From: Octopus bimaculoides
Lineage: Eukaryota
Assembly (NCBI RefSeq): GCF_001194135.2
Contig: NC_068984.1
Coordinates: 136,205,738 to 136,269,737, forward strand
Length of the DNA: 64,000 nucleotides
Direction: 5' to 3'
Shown: in pieces, positions 26,256-39,350 of the stretch
Layout: every line of letters begins with the position of its first letter
Numbering within the stretch: the first letter of the stretch is position 1
Notes under the pieces: model-generated
The model's database searches: none
What the model saw: the letters and a program-made list of their open reading frames with translations, nothing else
What the model was told of the DNA's origin: nothing
Position numbers and translations under genes: made by a program

Positions 26256-26468
26256 GTGTGTATATGTTTGTGGGTCTGTGTTTATCCCCCCAACATCGCT
26301 TGACAACCGATGCTGGTGTGGTTACGTCCCCGTAATCTAGCGGTTCGGCAAAAAGAGGCCGATAGAATAAGTACTAGGCTTACAAAGAATAAGTCCTGGG
26401 GTCGATTTGCTCGACTAAAGGCAGTGCTCCAACATGGCTACAGTCAAATGACTGAAACAAGTAAAAGA
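26133..26468 (+). mobile_element. SINE family A with a 92-bp internal deletion
   Basis: accacatg is joined directly to acggaagctg; the rest aligns to 61773-62040. Confidence 0.9.
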
Positions 26469-27144
26469 GTAATATCAGCATTCATTTTTAAGTGACTGTT
26501 TATAAATTTTAAACTGTTGTACTTGGTATTAAGATTAACGCTTATGTTCGTTTCACCTCTATCAGGAAGTGAAAATTGTAGAATTTTGGATTTGTGACTC
26601 GATATAACCGTCAAACTGAAGGATGGCAGAAATAATTTTATAAACTTGTTCATAACTTCATTGTATTTCTTATTCTGTGTTGCTCTTTATACAAAAAGTG
26701 ATTTGTTGATGCCAGCTAAATATTCAATATATTTCTGTTTCTCGTACACCAACTTACGTCTAAAACAATTTAGAACCATTGTGTTCGCCGGCACAACTAA
26801 AGAAATTATGGATTGTCTCCGAGATACTGCGCAGAATATTGGATAAAAATGAACTTTGCATATTTTTCATTATTTATTTGGACATGATTTTATTTACTTT
26901 TTATATAAAAAGATAACCTGAAAAATAAATTGGAAATGTATTTAATTTATAAAAGCAATTAGTTCTTATTTTGAAGTCATAATAACTTGTCTAAATAAAT
27001 TAGTAGACATTAATTCCGATGTAACTCTTTGCTTTTCTTCGTGTTTCTGTTAACAAGTATTTTTTTGAAGAATTAGATATAGGTATGTGTATACGAATGT
27101 GTCTATGTATGTGTGGCTGTGTGAAAGCGTTTATTTGCGCGCGA

Positions 27145-27480
27145 GTGTAAAGGTATATAGCTTAGAAGTTAAGGGTTTTGCCTCATGAACATAAAGTTGT
27201 GGGATCAGTTCCTGGACATGGTGGTGTATTTATTTCTTTCAAGCAACATTTTTTAAATACCAGTCTACTAAACTCTAATGAATACCAAGTGTGTGCTGGG
27301 ACAGTCTTCTCTCACTCCAGCTCTCGTTTCTGTGATGCTAGACTGCATCAATGAATTAGCGCTGCGCTTATACCAAAGGACATCAGATCTTGGATCGGAC
27401 AATCGTGCCTCTCAAAAGCTATGCTCTATAGAGGTATCATCACAGCATTTAATTGCATCAAGAGACACTTGAATAACATG
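27145..27480 (+). mobile_element. Old tRNA-derived SINE, degraded
   Basis: atagcttagaagttaaggg ... gggatcagttcctggac head-like segment followed by a CORE-like remnant. Confidence 0.45.
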
Positions 27481-28194
27481 CAGATAATGTGGGTTAAATA
27501 ATGTTCAGAGCCAACAATAATATTTAAAAAATTGAAGTAAAATTCATCCTAGTGTTACTGAACATTCTCACCAAAGGTAGTAAGAGAGAAAAAATACCAG
27601 AGTTAAAGTTTCTTATATTTTAAATGCATGTACAAAGTGTGAGTATATTAGGCAATATTGATATGTTTCGGTGTTATTAAACCTCTTCAGTAATTTAGAA
27701 CCCTATACCTATTTATCAGACCACTGAGGCGACATAATTTTTCTAGAAAATAATTGATTTGTTAGCAACATTTCAAACATAATATTCGAATCTTTTTCAG
27801 GTATGTCGTCTGCGGAAAAAGTACGTAGTTAAATTATTCTTAATTTACTAAGTCAAAATGAATGTTTAATGAATTGGAATTACGCTCGTAATTAAAAGAA
27901 ATGTCATTAGCGCTAATGACAATTCTTATATTTTTCATGTTGTAATTGCTTTCGTTGCTGTCAGCTGCCTTCCACCTTCTACAGCCTTCTCATCCAACAC
28001 CTCTCCTAAATTTTCTTTGTCATTGGAAGTATCGTTTTCCACAACATAACCATTTGCTTAACTACAGATGTTTATTCAATCCAATGACTCCATAAAAAAA
28101 AAAAGAAGGAAAGCTGTATTAATAATAAAATAAATCATTTTTATCTTCAACACCATCCTCACCATCATTTTAATATCTTTATCATTGTATCATT

Positions 28195-28324
28195 TTCTTC
28201 GTCTCCTTCTCCTTCTCCTTCTTCTTCTTATCATTATTATTATTATTATTATTGCTATTGTTATTATTATTACTACTACTACTACTACTGCTACTACTAC
28301 TACTAATAATAATAATAATAATAA

Positions 28325-28355
<31 letters not shown>

Positions 28356-28407
28356 AAGAAGAAGAAGAAGAAGAAGAAGAAGAAGAAGAAGAAGAAAAAG
28401 AATGATG

Positions 28408-28464
<57 letters not shown>

Positions 28465-28475
28465 CTACTACTACT
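28195..28475. repeat. Compound trinucleotide array (CTT)(ATT)(ACT)(AAT)(AAG)(AAT)(ACT)
   Basis: Direct. Confidence 0.95.
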
Positions 28476-29678
28476 AAGCATATAGTGCTTTTAGCATAAC
28501 TTTTTGGTTTCTTTACTGCTTTAAATTCTCTTGTACATTGCCATATTGATTGTTACAAACGCCAGAATTTCTTCTCCTTTTCTTAGTTCATCATCTTCAT
28601 CTTTTTCCACTTGCATTAGATTTCTTCATGGCGTTAAATATCTATGTCAAAAGTGTCAGTATTATTTATAAATTGTGTCTTCTTTTATGACTTAGCATGT
28701 TTAGTGTTGGTGGAATGATAGTGGTGCTTGCGGTGGCTGCGGTGGTGAGGGAGCATCCACTTTCAACAGTAATATACTAATTATACCTAAATGAAAGTTG
28801 TTTTGTTATTTCAATGTTAGTTCCCCTATTTTTCTGATGTTGTTTTATTCACTCACCTGTTTGTTTATCGATTGATGTATTTATTTATGAACTCATTTAC
28901 GTCACTATGTCCTATTTTCATGTGAAGGAGAAAAAAAAAACACGCGTTAAATATCAGGTTATTGGGTTCGAATTATTTTTTTAGATCTTATATTTAATGG
29001 CTTAAATGCTGTCATCTCCAATTGCATACATGCGTACGTACAGACAGACTCACACGCTTACATAGACGCACACACATACGTATACATATATACATATGCA
29101 TCCTATCCCTGTGCACAGAGAGCTAACTATACCATATTTTCAACTCATTATTTGATATATTTGGGATTGAACCAGTCCTAATATTGGTTTCTGCAAGAAT
29201 AAAATGCAAAATTATAGATAAACGCGAGGCGAAGTAAATATACAGTGATTGTACTATTCTCTCGACATATTTTTTGTACAGCGAAACGCAATACGCATTT
29301 GTGTTTTGTGTTTTTATACCATAACCAAAGTTAATATCACTGTTAGGTTTTAAATATTTATGTAAATTATAACCAGAATTTCATTGTTTAATGATCCGTA
29401 CAATATCTACTATATAGAAATTATAACGATATTCTGGATGCAAAAATAATTGAAGAGGTTAAAATTTCCCTTCAAAAGTGAACAGCAACCACTCGAAAGC
29501 CATGGAAAAAAGGGCAAAAGATTTTTGTATTTATTATATAATGAAATAAATGTAACGTAGTAACGTTCTCATAGAGAAAAAAAACTATGAGAACATTAGC
29601 GAAATGTAGATAATGGTCAATGTGCGTGTATGGATAAATGAAAGTTGAAAAAATGATAATGGCATAAATATGTTTACC

Positions 29679-29751
<73 letters not shown>

Positions 29752-29775
29752 GAAGGTAAGAGAGATGAGAGAGAA

Positions 29776-29813
<38 letters not shown>

Positions 29814-30124
29814 GTATATGAGTATCTGTGTGTGTGTATGTATGAAATGGAACAAATAGTTATGATTGCATCATGCTTGAATAGTCACATCGTACAAAGA
29901 AATATCTGCTTACCGAACTAAATTGACCGTTGATTTGCTATTATAGAGTATACCTTGAATAAAATAACGCTTTCGATATTTCCATGAATCGCAGAACGAT
30001 AAAGGGCAAATAGATACCATTAGACAGAAGACATGAATCATAAAAGCGATTTGATTTCCACTTCTTGCTAGCTCATAAATAAGCTTTTATACCATAATAC
30101 ATAGCATTCAGCAAAAAGAAAAAA

Positions 30125-30177
<53 letters not shown>

Positions 30178-30549
30178 CGTACACAGACGCTCCCACATAC
30201 ACATACTTATACAATAACCCAAACTTGCATACATAAATGCATGCCTGCACTCAGAGGTGCAAATATGATTATGTGGTTACGAAGTTCGCTTTACAATCGC
30301 GTTGTTTTCGGGTCAGATCCACTGTAAAGAATCCTGAGTAAGTGTCATTTACCATTACTGCAGGCTGACCAATGCACAAGCATCTCAATTATAAGAATAT
30401 TAAATTCACTAAAATGATTTCATCCATGGATATAGGTTTTTCCAAATTACCACTCTATGGGTTGTTCTAGTAAATTTTCTGTATGATGGTGTATATAAAA
30501 ATAAAACAGTTAAAGACTGTTTTCTGATCTATAAAATGTTTCTTTTCGG

Positions 30550-30651
30550 GCCCACTGCTGACACCTTGGGTAAATATCTTCTACTATAGCTTCGGCCGAC
30601 CAAAACCTTGTGAGTGGATTTGGTAGACGGAAACTGAAAGAAGCCTGCATT

Positions 30652-30710
<59 letters not shown>

Positions 30711-30850
30711 GATAGATAGATAGATCTATGTCTTTGTGTGTCATTGTATATGTGCTTGTCCAACCACCACCGTTTGACAATTGGTGTTGATATGGTTACG
30801 TCCACGTAATCAACTGGGTCAGCAAAAGTGAGCGATAGTACCGGGCTTTA
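30550..30850 (+). mobile_element. SINE family A, 5'-truncated, with (GATA)n at the central site
   Basis: cccactgctgacaccttggg ... gaaactgaaagaagcc(TAGA)n ... tggttacgtccacgtaa. Confidence 0.85.
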
Positions 30851-31099
30851 GTACATTGCTACAGAAAGGACCCCCAACTCAACAATACACACACACACAT
30901 GCATACAGATTGGCTGTTCACGGAGGCTGGTATAATTTCTTATTTTTTCACACTTGCAAAACTTCTACACTCTATGTGTTATAGTTGAGTTTTTGTATTT
31001 ACTACAGGACATTAGCTACTTCTACAGATATGTTACTGCAAATTGTAGAAAATATATCTGCAAAGGATGACAGAAAGCTTTATAAATATTACTGGTCAG

Positions 31100-31400
31100 A
31101 GCTCAGAATTCTGTGAGACGCTGGCTTTTACTTCTTGTCATCAAGTTAAGTACCTCTTTGATTACTTGTTGAAAGAGTGCTTTTCCTGCTATGAAATTAG
31201 CAACTTTTATTCCATCTTTACCTGCAGTGTTAAATTTGGTGTAGAAATATGTCGAGGTCCTATGTTTTTACAATGTGTCTCCCTTTACAGATTCACAAAA
31301 ATTATTGTTTTATTAGAGAGAGCTCACAATTTTTGTAGTTTGATCTCCTACATCACGATGTTCGCAAAATTTGTAAAAGAGGTTCGTTGGGGAAATGACA
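31100..31400 (-). mobile_element. Decayed LINE (RTE-like) RT N-terminal fragment
   Basis: NTAGKDGIKVANFIAGKALFQQVIKEVLNL resembles KAAG.DGI.AE..KAGG..L...L..L.N. Confidence 0.5.
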
Positions 31401-33019
31401 AACAAAACGTATTGCTATATTTAGTTACGTAACTTGACGTTTTAATCTCAACTCCCAACCACATTGACGTTATCATCCATTCCATCTGAATCGGTATAAT
31501 AATTATTATATCGATCTGATTGCCTATGACCATCTGGCACATAGAAGAACTTGTGGCATTGTTAGAAGCCAATATCATTAATATCTGCCACGTACGTTTG
31601 CGAATTGAATATAATCTTGTCAGGTAATTTACCATATGTTATACTTGTTTAGGTTATCAATGGAAATATTGTTTATATTTCTAGCCACTCTCTTTAATAT
31701 CACTCTACATGAATACTATTATCATGCAACAGATATCTAGTTTTCTTCTCGAGTTTGAATCGAAAATGTGATAAATTTCATCCGTTATGTTTTCACTTTG
31801 ATTTAACTTTTGCATAACTTGCCCCGATCATGACATTTGAAGACGCCCTCAATTTTAGTAGTTTAAACTTTAACTTATTTATATTATTCGGTTTCGAACT
31901 ACTTTGCTTTTGGAGGGATCCACATCGAATCAAACATTTCTAGCAGCCACGATAAAGCATCATATGCGCCTTTCACATGAAATTTGGAGTCGAATTAGAT
32001 AACGTCGAATTAGATAACTTCTGCAATATTAGGTTATGGATCTCTATCAAAGCTCATTGTCTTAAATCACTCAAGTTCGGACGCTGCTACCCTACAAGAA
32101 CACCTCTACACTACAACACCCTCTGCTGTGTCTGGAAATAAACATCTCCCGTAACTAATTGAATTTTAACCACCACAGCATCACAAGACTTTCATCTGTA
32201 AAGTAAAAGACAGCTGCAAGNNNNNNNNNNNNNNNNNNNNNNNNNNNNNNNNNNNNNNNNNNNNNNATATATATATATATATATACATTGCCAAATTACT
32301 ATTTTTACTTCTCGTGTCTAGCTAAAGGGATCTTTATAATAGTCTCTAAGGTGTTAAATACGGTAGCTTTAGTAGAAAATATCACACATTATCTGCACAA
32401 TTTTCAAAATCCTTTTTAAATATAGAAACATTTGTAATTTATGAATCCCAATCTATCAATCTCAAATCTAACATGTGGGGAGCGAGCAAATTTACTGTAG
32501 AAACATTTCGTCACTACAAACAATTCCCCTGTGCAGGTTCAACAAGAACTTTCGGAGCCCTCATCTTTTACTTGCGACAGGAGAGTCACCTATATAGATG
32601 GTAGCACAATTAACACCGTTTTAATGTCCTTAGACATGTATCAGCCACACACAGCTAAATTCGCCGTTTCAAACGTGTAGTGCCTTCATGAATAGAGTTC
32701 TCGAAAACTATATAAAATCACTAGAAGTGTTCTCAAAAACTTCCCACTTCTTCAGAGAAAGACATTATGCCTACGCTGAACAATTGCTGACGCAACATGA
32801 GTTATTCTAATCCAAAATTGAATACTTTTCGAATAGATGGGTGAATCTTACTGCTGCTCACAAAAAACCATTATACTGCATCAAATCCAAGACATCGGGC
32901 GTCATCAAAAGACTCCAGCATATATCACATATTGAACCTAAAGCCCCTCGTGTGTTCGACCAAACCCATTCAAATTACCTACCACTCATCCTTTCGTAAA
33001 TCAACCTCTGTCTCCCGTT

Positions 33020-33190
33020 TTTCCTTGCAACGTCCATACTCTCGTCTCCCCGATCACAAAGCAGACACACATATGATTTTCTTTTAGCCGTCGTTATACA
33101 GCCACAGTTTTCCACTCTCCTCGCGGTGAGGAATACGGTGTCGCGTTCAAGATAAATACCGACTTCCTACAAAGGTCAAAGTCAGTTATT
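33020..33190 (+). mobile_element. Decayed RTE apurinic-endonuclease fragment
   Basis: RLPDHKA..MIFF* then RGEEYGVAFKINTD, resembling ETRL...YTFFWSG...RREAGVGFAI. Confidence 0.5.
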
Positions 33191-35173
33191 TTTGCATACT
33201 AGAACCATATAAATACCTAACCTGTAATTTATGCAACTTATATGCATACATGCTGCATATATTAAACACACTTGAATTTTAATTTATGTAAATAGTATTA
33301 GAACAATATTTCGTTTGATTTGAGACAAGCTCTGATCGAGCAGACTCACAATCAGAAGGGCTCCGGCAGGAACAACAGCCTGTTTTTCGTCACTATATAG
33401 TTTATCTAAGATTTCATCATCCAGATGCCCTTCAATCTACATGGCTGTAATATATAATTTAAGAAGTATTTGGCAACCACTTTTGCTTATTGAGTGGCCA
33501 CGTGGAGACTCCCTTGTTGAATCGGAATAGTTTATAGTATGCGTTTTGTTGCTTTCGTGAATGTGGATGGAAGTGTTTGTATGTCGTGTTTTACTTTAGA
33601 GTTGGTCTATATAACATTAGTATGACATACTATTGTCGGGAGAATAGATTACTTAGAGATGTCATTCGCACAGAATACAATAGGTAACGTTAGTAATGGA
33701 TGTAGGGAGCATTAAACACAGTAGAAATATTTATGTGGATAGGGAATTACGTCATTTTCGAGAGTTGACTGAGAGATGTGTTGGAAAGTAAACGATCTTG
33801 CCATTAGTAAATGTGATGTCTATTCAAAGAATTTAAATTTCAATGAAGCATTCTACTTAGCCATAACTAGATTTCGACAGAAAATAGAGAGACTGCTAAT
33901 GACAAGAGCATCACTGACTAATATATTAATAATAATGTTCAGAGGAAGAAGACATTTTAAATGCAATTCAATGCATTTTCTCTATGTATAGAAAGAAGAA
34001 TATGTTACCATATCACACAAATGATTTACGAAACATTACAAATTTTATGTAAATATTTTGAAGAAAGGACAGATATTTCATTACTTATATATGACCTATA
34101 TACCATCTCAGCCTGTAATACACAAAGCTTTTAACAATTAATCATTTTAGAATCACAATGTGTTTCAGTGATCTTGAATTTTTTTTTTTTTTTAACTTTC
34201 AATGTAGTCTGACACAGTGAATGTTAGGTGTTCGATACACAATACTGAATCACATTTTGTTAATTTACAGAGTTTGCTCTATATCTATGCCATTGAAACC
34301 ATTATTGGTTTGGTGAATTCTTCTTGTTTGCTTAGCTGTCTAATTGGCATTTTTGACGTTATTGTTTACAATAATAATTTTGGATAGTCGCTGTTGATGA
34401 CTTTATAACAATAGTATAATTATAGCTATTATTTCGGAATTTTATTTTCTCTTATGCGTTTCAATTTACCCATCCTCCTCATTCTGATTCATTTAATTTT
34501 TATACTGTTGCAGTTTTATTAGTTTTAGGCACATCTGCTTGGAGATAGCTAAACATCTGAAAGAAGAGATAACAAAGTGTAGTACTTCGTATTACTAAGC
34601 ACATTTTGTCTATTCACAAGCAAGTTATAGCAAATAGATAATAACCATTTGTGTGTGTATGTGTGTGTATGGGAGAGCGAGAGAGAGAGAGAAAAAAAAA
34701 GAGAGAGAAAGAGAAAGAGAGAGAAAGAGAATGAGACAGAGAGACACTGAGAGAGAGAGAAACAGAGTAAAAGATGATTTACCAGCGGCATTTTTAAGAA
34801 ACGATGTAATTAGTGTTATTAATGTCTGTGTGTCATATTTCTGATGTTTATTCTGATACTAGTTAATGTATGTTTCGCGCCGAGAAGTAGAAAGCTCTCG
34901 AAAGTTAGTGACTGCGGTGTTGCCTCGTTGAAATAAAGAGCGCAGATGCCAGTTACTCGTGTCCTTTCTTTTCCGGTTCCATGTCTGCTAACATAGTGTG
35001 ATACTGTTCATTAATCGACGTCTTCATACAGTTCCTTTTCATTCTGAAGCTCTTCATGTCGTATTCTGTAGAGAATTTCTTTTCACGTGGGAATTCTATC
35101 TCCACTTTACTTGTAGGCTGTAGTGAATTTTCAGTCGTGATTACTTTAACGCCGATGGATTTATCATTCTCAC

Positions 35174-35270
35174 CTAGTTTTATTGAAATATTTTATGTGA
35201 GCAAGCAGCCTACCGAATCCTACCGAACTCCAGTCTTCCCCAGTATCAATCAGTATATCCCAGAAGCCCT
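35174..35270 (-). CDS. Candidate internal exon (GFWDILIDTGEDWSSVGFGRLLAHIKYFNKT, phase 1 to 2), product unknown
   Basis: Acceptor aatttcacaaatatttcag with a T-rich upstream tract, donor ag|gtgaga, 97 bp, only one frame open. Confidence 0.33.
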
Positions 35271-35384
35271 CTGAAATATTTGTGAAATTAATGGTCTAAT
35301 ACTTTGAAACCAAAAAAGAACACAGATTTAGAAATAATACATTTCTAAATCTCTCAGAGAGATTTATGCAGTAGTGATACGATA

Positions 35385-35633
35385 AAGTAGTTGTATGCTG
35401 TCAACTTAATGTGACAGTCCCCTGAAGGTCATAATACTACTGTTGGTTAAACCTGGGAAGCTGCACTCCTTCCTGTCGGGTTTCCTAGGGTGCTTGTCTC
35501 CCCCTTGCAAACATATGGACACAGGAAATGTGTCAAGGCCGACAGGAAGCAGTGCAGCTTCCTAGGTCTAACCAACAGTAGTATTATTCCCTTCAGGAGA
35601 CTGTCACATTAAGTTGACAGCATACAACTACTT
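35385..35633. mobile_element. MITE / fold-back element with about 95-bp inverted arms
   Basis: aagtagttgtatgctgtcaacttaatgtgacagtc...tcctgtcgg (35385-35479) pairs with 35539-35633; 59-bp spacer. Confidence 0.85.
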
Positions 35634-36888
35634 AAAAAAAAAGAGTATAGACTTGGACAGCAGGTTTGTAGAGAAAGTATTGAGTATCTTATTTGTTAGC
35701 CAGTTGTCATATTTTTTGCTAGAATATTCTCTTTCTTTTCCTTTTTCCAAACACTTCTTCCGTAACGTGTTAAATGTCAAATCGTATTTAACAGCGCCTT
35801 CATATTTTGAAGCAAAATACCTCTGTCAAAATGAGTTTACTTTTCATCCCTTGATCAATACGAAGAGAGGCATGCACTGAGATTCAACTACGATTCTCAT
35901 TCGTCTCTCATTCGTATGAATTTGTAATGAAACTGTTATTACTATTGTATGTGATGCCGTAACCTAAGTTACATGTGTTGATATTATAGATATTGACCTT
36001 TGAATCTCGGGAGATCTTAGTAAACTATTACTCGTTCATTCCCTATCATTATAATTGTGTCATTAATATGTCGGATCAACTTGCTGTACTCTCTGTAAAG
36101 ATTGCTATATCTTTAGTTCAAAACTTCCCCTTTCTAAAGTTCTTTTAGTATCCTTTTCGTGATTTCTCAAGGTCGTAATATTCTTTCGACTTTTGGCACA
36201 AAGCCAGCAATTAAAAAAAAACGTTTAAGTAGATTATACTAATCCCAGATTATATCGGTCCCAAATTATATCGATCTCGGTACATTATTTTTATCGATGT
36301 TAAAACTTAGGTAAGTAACTTAATTTTTATTAAGCATAATTAGTCCTGGAACCTTTTGATGCCATCTCGTATCTAACGTGAAACTCATAAATTTGACCGC
36401 ATTTCATGTGGCTTACGGCAGCGATTTATTTGAACCACATACATATTGATATATAATAGGATTATGGCCATACAAACGAGTCTGAAACATGGACGTACTC
36501 AAACATTGCTGATACGTTTCACAGTGGTTGATGCAACATTTGTGGTTACATTGCTTTATCAAATAGGACGGCGTCAAGATACTACGTGTCACTATCAATA
36601 CCAACCAACAAAAGAATCAATGATATGTTGACACAAACAAAAAGTACAAAAAATACGAATTTATGGTTCTCCAAAAATAATATTGTCCCTGTGAACATTT
36701 TAATTATCATTTCTATTCTGTAAAGCCCAATCGGAAAAAAAAATGCTATTAAGTTTTCCCACTGTATTTTGAGAGACACGTTCTTAATGCGTTTACAGAT
36801 TATACTCAGTTAGTGAAAGATTTGTATTTAACAAAACCGTGCGAATATTAAACAACATTTTTGACAATATATGTTTAGCTATTAATGG

Positions 36889-37084
36889 TTTATCCTTTTC
36901 ACTGCGAAAGTAAATTTGCTGGTTATTCCAGTAATGACGTTAAATATCTACCGAATAATAAAATTAGTATTTTCTGCAAGTCACGTTGCCTCAATAAATT
37001 TAACGTATCTCAACAGAATATATGACATTCCTCGACAAAAGATAAATTGGTATATAAAACTGATTTCCACGGTAAAGGGGTTAA
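36889..37084. mobile_element. Possible decayed piggyBac-type MITE
   Basis: Right end ggtaaagggg|ttaa; left end ttta|tccttttcactg is only partly complementary. Confidence 0.28.
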
Positions 37085-38521
37085 TAGTGATATAATAAAT
37101 GCTGTAAGTTAAACATTCACAAATGTAAGTAGCATAGAATACGATATATATTTCTCAAACTTTTTCTTAAAACGAACTATGAAAAAATAGATATGAGATG
37201 GGGGATAAAAAATATAAGTACATAATTTGTTGCTTACGTAAATACAGGAGATATGGTAGATATGACCTCTTACAATTTTGTAAGTCATTTGGTTAAAACG
37301 ACAGTAATGCACTCATAAGAATATATACATTCGAATGTATTTGCATCTGAACTTATTTCTATATCCTTTTCTTCCTCTCTCTCTCTCTCTTTCTCTCTCT
37401 CACTCTCACTCTCTCTCCAAACATATGATAATATATAAAACATATATACGTAATATGTATACCTATCTATCTATCTATCTTACTATATATATATATATAT
37501 ATATNNNNNNNNNNNNNNNNNNNNNNNNNNNNNNNNNNNNNNNNNNNNNNNNNNNNNNNNNNNNNNNNNNNNNNNNNNNNNNNNNNNNNNNNNNNNNNNN
37601 NNNNNNNNNNNNNNNNNNNNNNNNNNNNNNNNNNNNNNNNNNNNNNNNNNNNNNNNNNNNNNNNNNNNNNNNNNNNNNNNNNNNNNNNNNNNNNNNNNNN
37701 NNNNNNNNNNNNNNNNNNNNNNNNNNNNNNNNNNNNNNNNNNNNNNNNNNNNNNNNNNNNNNNNNNNNNNNNNNNNNNNNNNNNNNNNNNNNNNNNNNNN
37801 NNNNNNNNNNNNNNNNNNNNNNNNNNNNNNNNNNNNNNNNNNNNNNNNNNNNNNNNNNNNNNNNNNNNNNNNNNNNNNNNNNNNNNNNNNNNNNNNNNNN
37901 NNNNNNNNNNNNNNNNNNNNNNNNNNNNNNNNNNNNNNNNNNNNNNNNNNNNNNNNNNNNNNNNNNNNNNNNNNNNNNNNNNNNNNNNNNNNNNNNNNNN
38001 NNNNNNNNNNNNNNNNNNNNNNNNNNNNNNNNNNNNNNNNNNNNNNNNNNNNNNNNNNNNNNNNNNNNNNNNNNNNNNNNNNNNNNNNNNNNNNNNNNNN
38101 NNNNNNNNNNNNNNNNNNNNNNNNNNNNNNNNNNNNNNNNNNNNNNNNNNNNNNNNNNNNNNNNNNNNNNNNNNNNNNNNNNNNNNNNNNNNNNNNNNNN
38201 NNNNNNNNNNNNNNNNNNNNNNNNNNNNNNNNNNNNNNNNNNNNNNNNNNNNNNNNNNNNNNNNNNNNNNNNNNNNNNNNNNNNNNNNNNNNNNNNNNNN
38301 NNNNNNNNNNNNNNNNNNNNNNNNNNNNNNNNNNNNNNNNNNNNNNNNNNNNNNNNNNNNNNNNNNNNNNNNNNNNNNATATATGTACGGTTATCAATTT
38401 GTGTTGCACGATTCCTGGTATAAAATCGTGTGTTGAAACAGATATTGTTGTATTTCGGGACGGTCATTTTCTTTTTTTTTAGCCAAATAACCACACGCAC
38501 TATATATTTGTTCTTCACTAG

Positions 38522-38809
38522 TTTATTACTGTTCTTATTTCAACTCATGTCCATTGTCTAGAAATCTTTCATCGCACATTTGTGTCCTCTTCACTGCCAC
38601 TTTTCGTTTTCGTGGGTGTGTTCTTGCTCCACTTATTCCATTCTGTTCTTCTATGGTGTGTATCCTTATGTGCGCATGCGTTTGCGGCCTCGTTTCTCTG
38701 TATCTTTGTGTGCGCGCGCGCGTGTTTGTATGTGTGTGTATGCTTGTATATGTGCCATTAACAACAACAGCAGCAGCGGCGGTGACGACGATGGCAATAA
38801 CAACAACAG

Positions 38810-38876
<67 letters not shown>

Positions 38877-39275
38877 CTCGATGACAACACCGTGGGCGAA
38901 CACACAGACACAGAAGAATACAGGAACTGTACCATATTTTTCGGGTCTTAAGACAGTAGCAGCACAGTGGGGGTGATAGGATGGGGCTGCTGAACGGAAA
39001 GCCACACTGCTGCTAAAAATTATGACACGCATACAAGCAAACACACACATATACACACACATACACGCATACACACACATACACGTTCGCACAAACAAGG
39101 AGACAAACGCATGCGCACATAAGGATACACATCTCAGAAAAAAAACAGAATAGAGTAAGTGGAGCAAGAACACACACGAAAGCGAACAGTGTCGCTGAAG
39201 AGGTCACAGATGAGTGACGAAAGATTTCTGGACAATGGACATGAGTTAAGATAATAAAATAAGAACAGTAATAAA
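38522..39275. repeat. Inverted duplication with about 240-260-bp arms around a (CTA)n-containing spacer
   Basis: 38522-38760 is the reverse complement of 39018-39275, roughly 80% identity by eye. Confidence 0.9.
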
Positions 39276-39307
39276 AATATACAGTTCGATTCAGGCTCCC
39301 TGGTACT

Positions 39308-39350
<43 letters not shown>

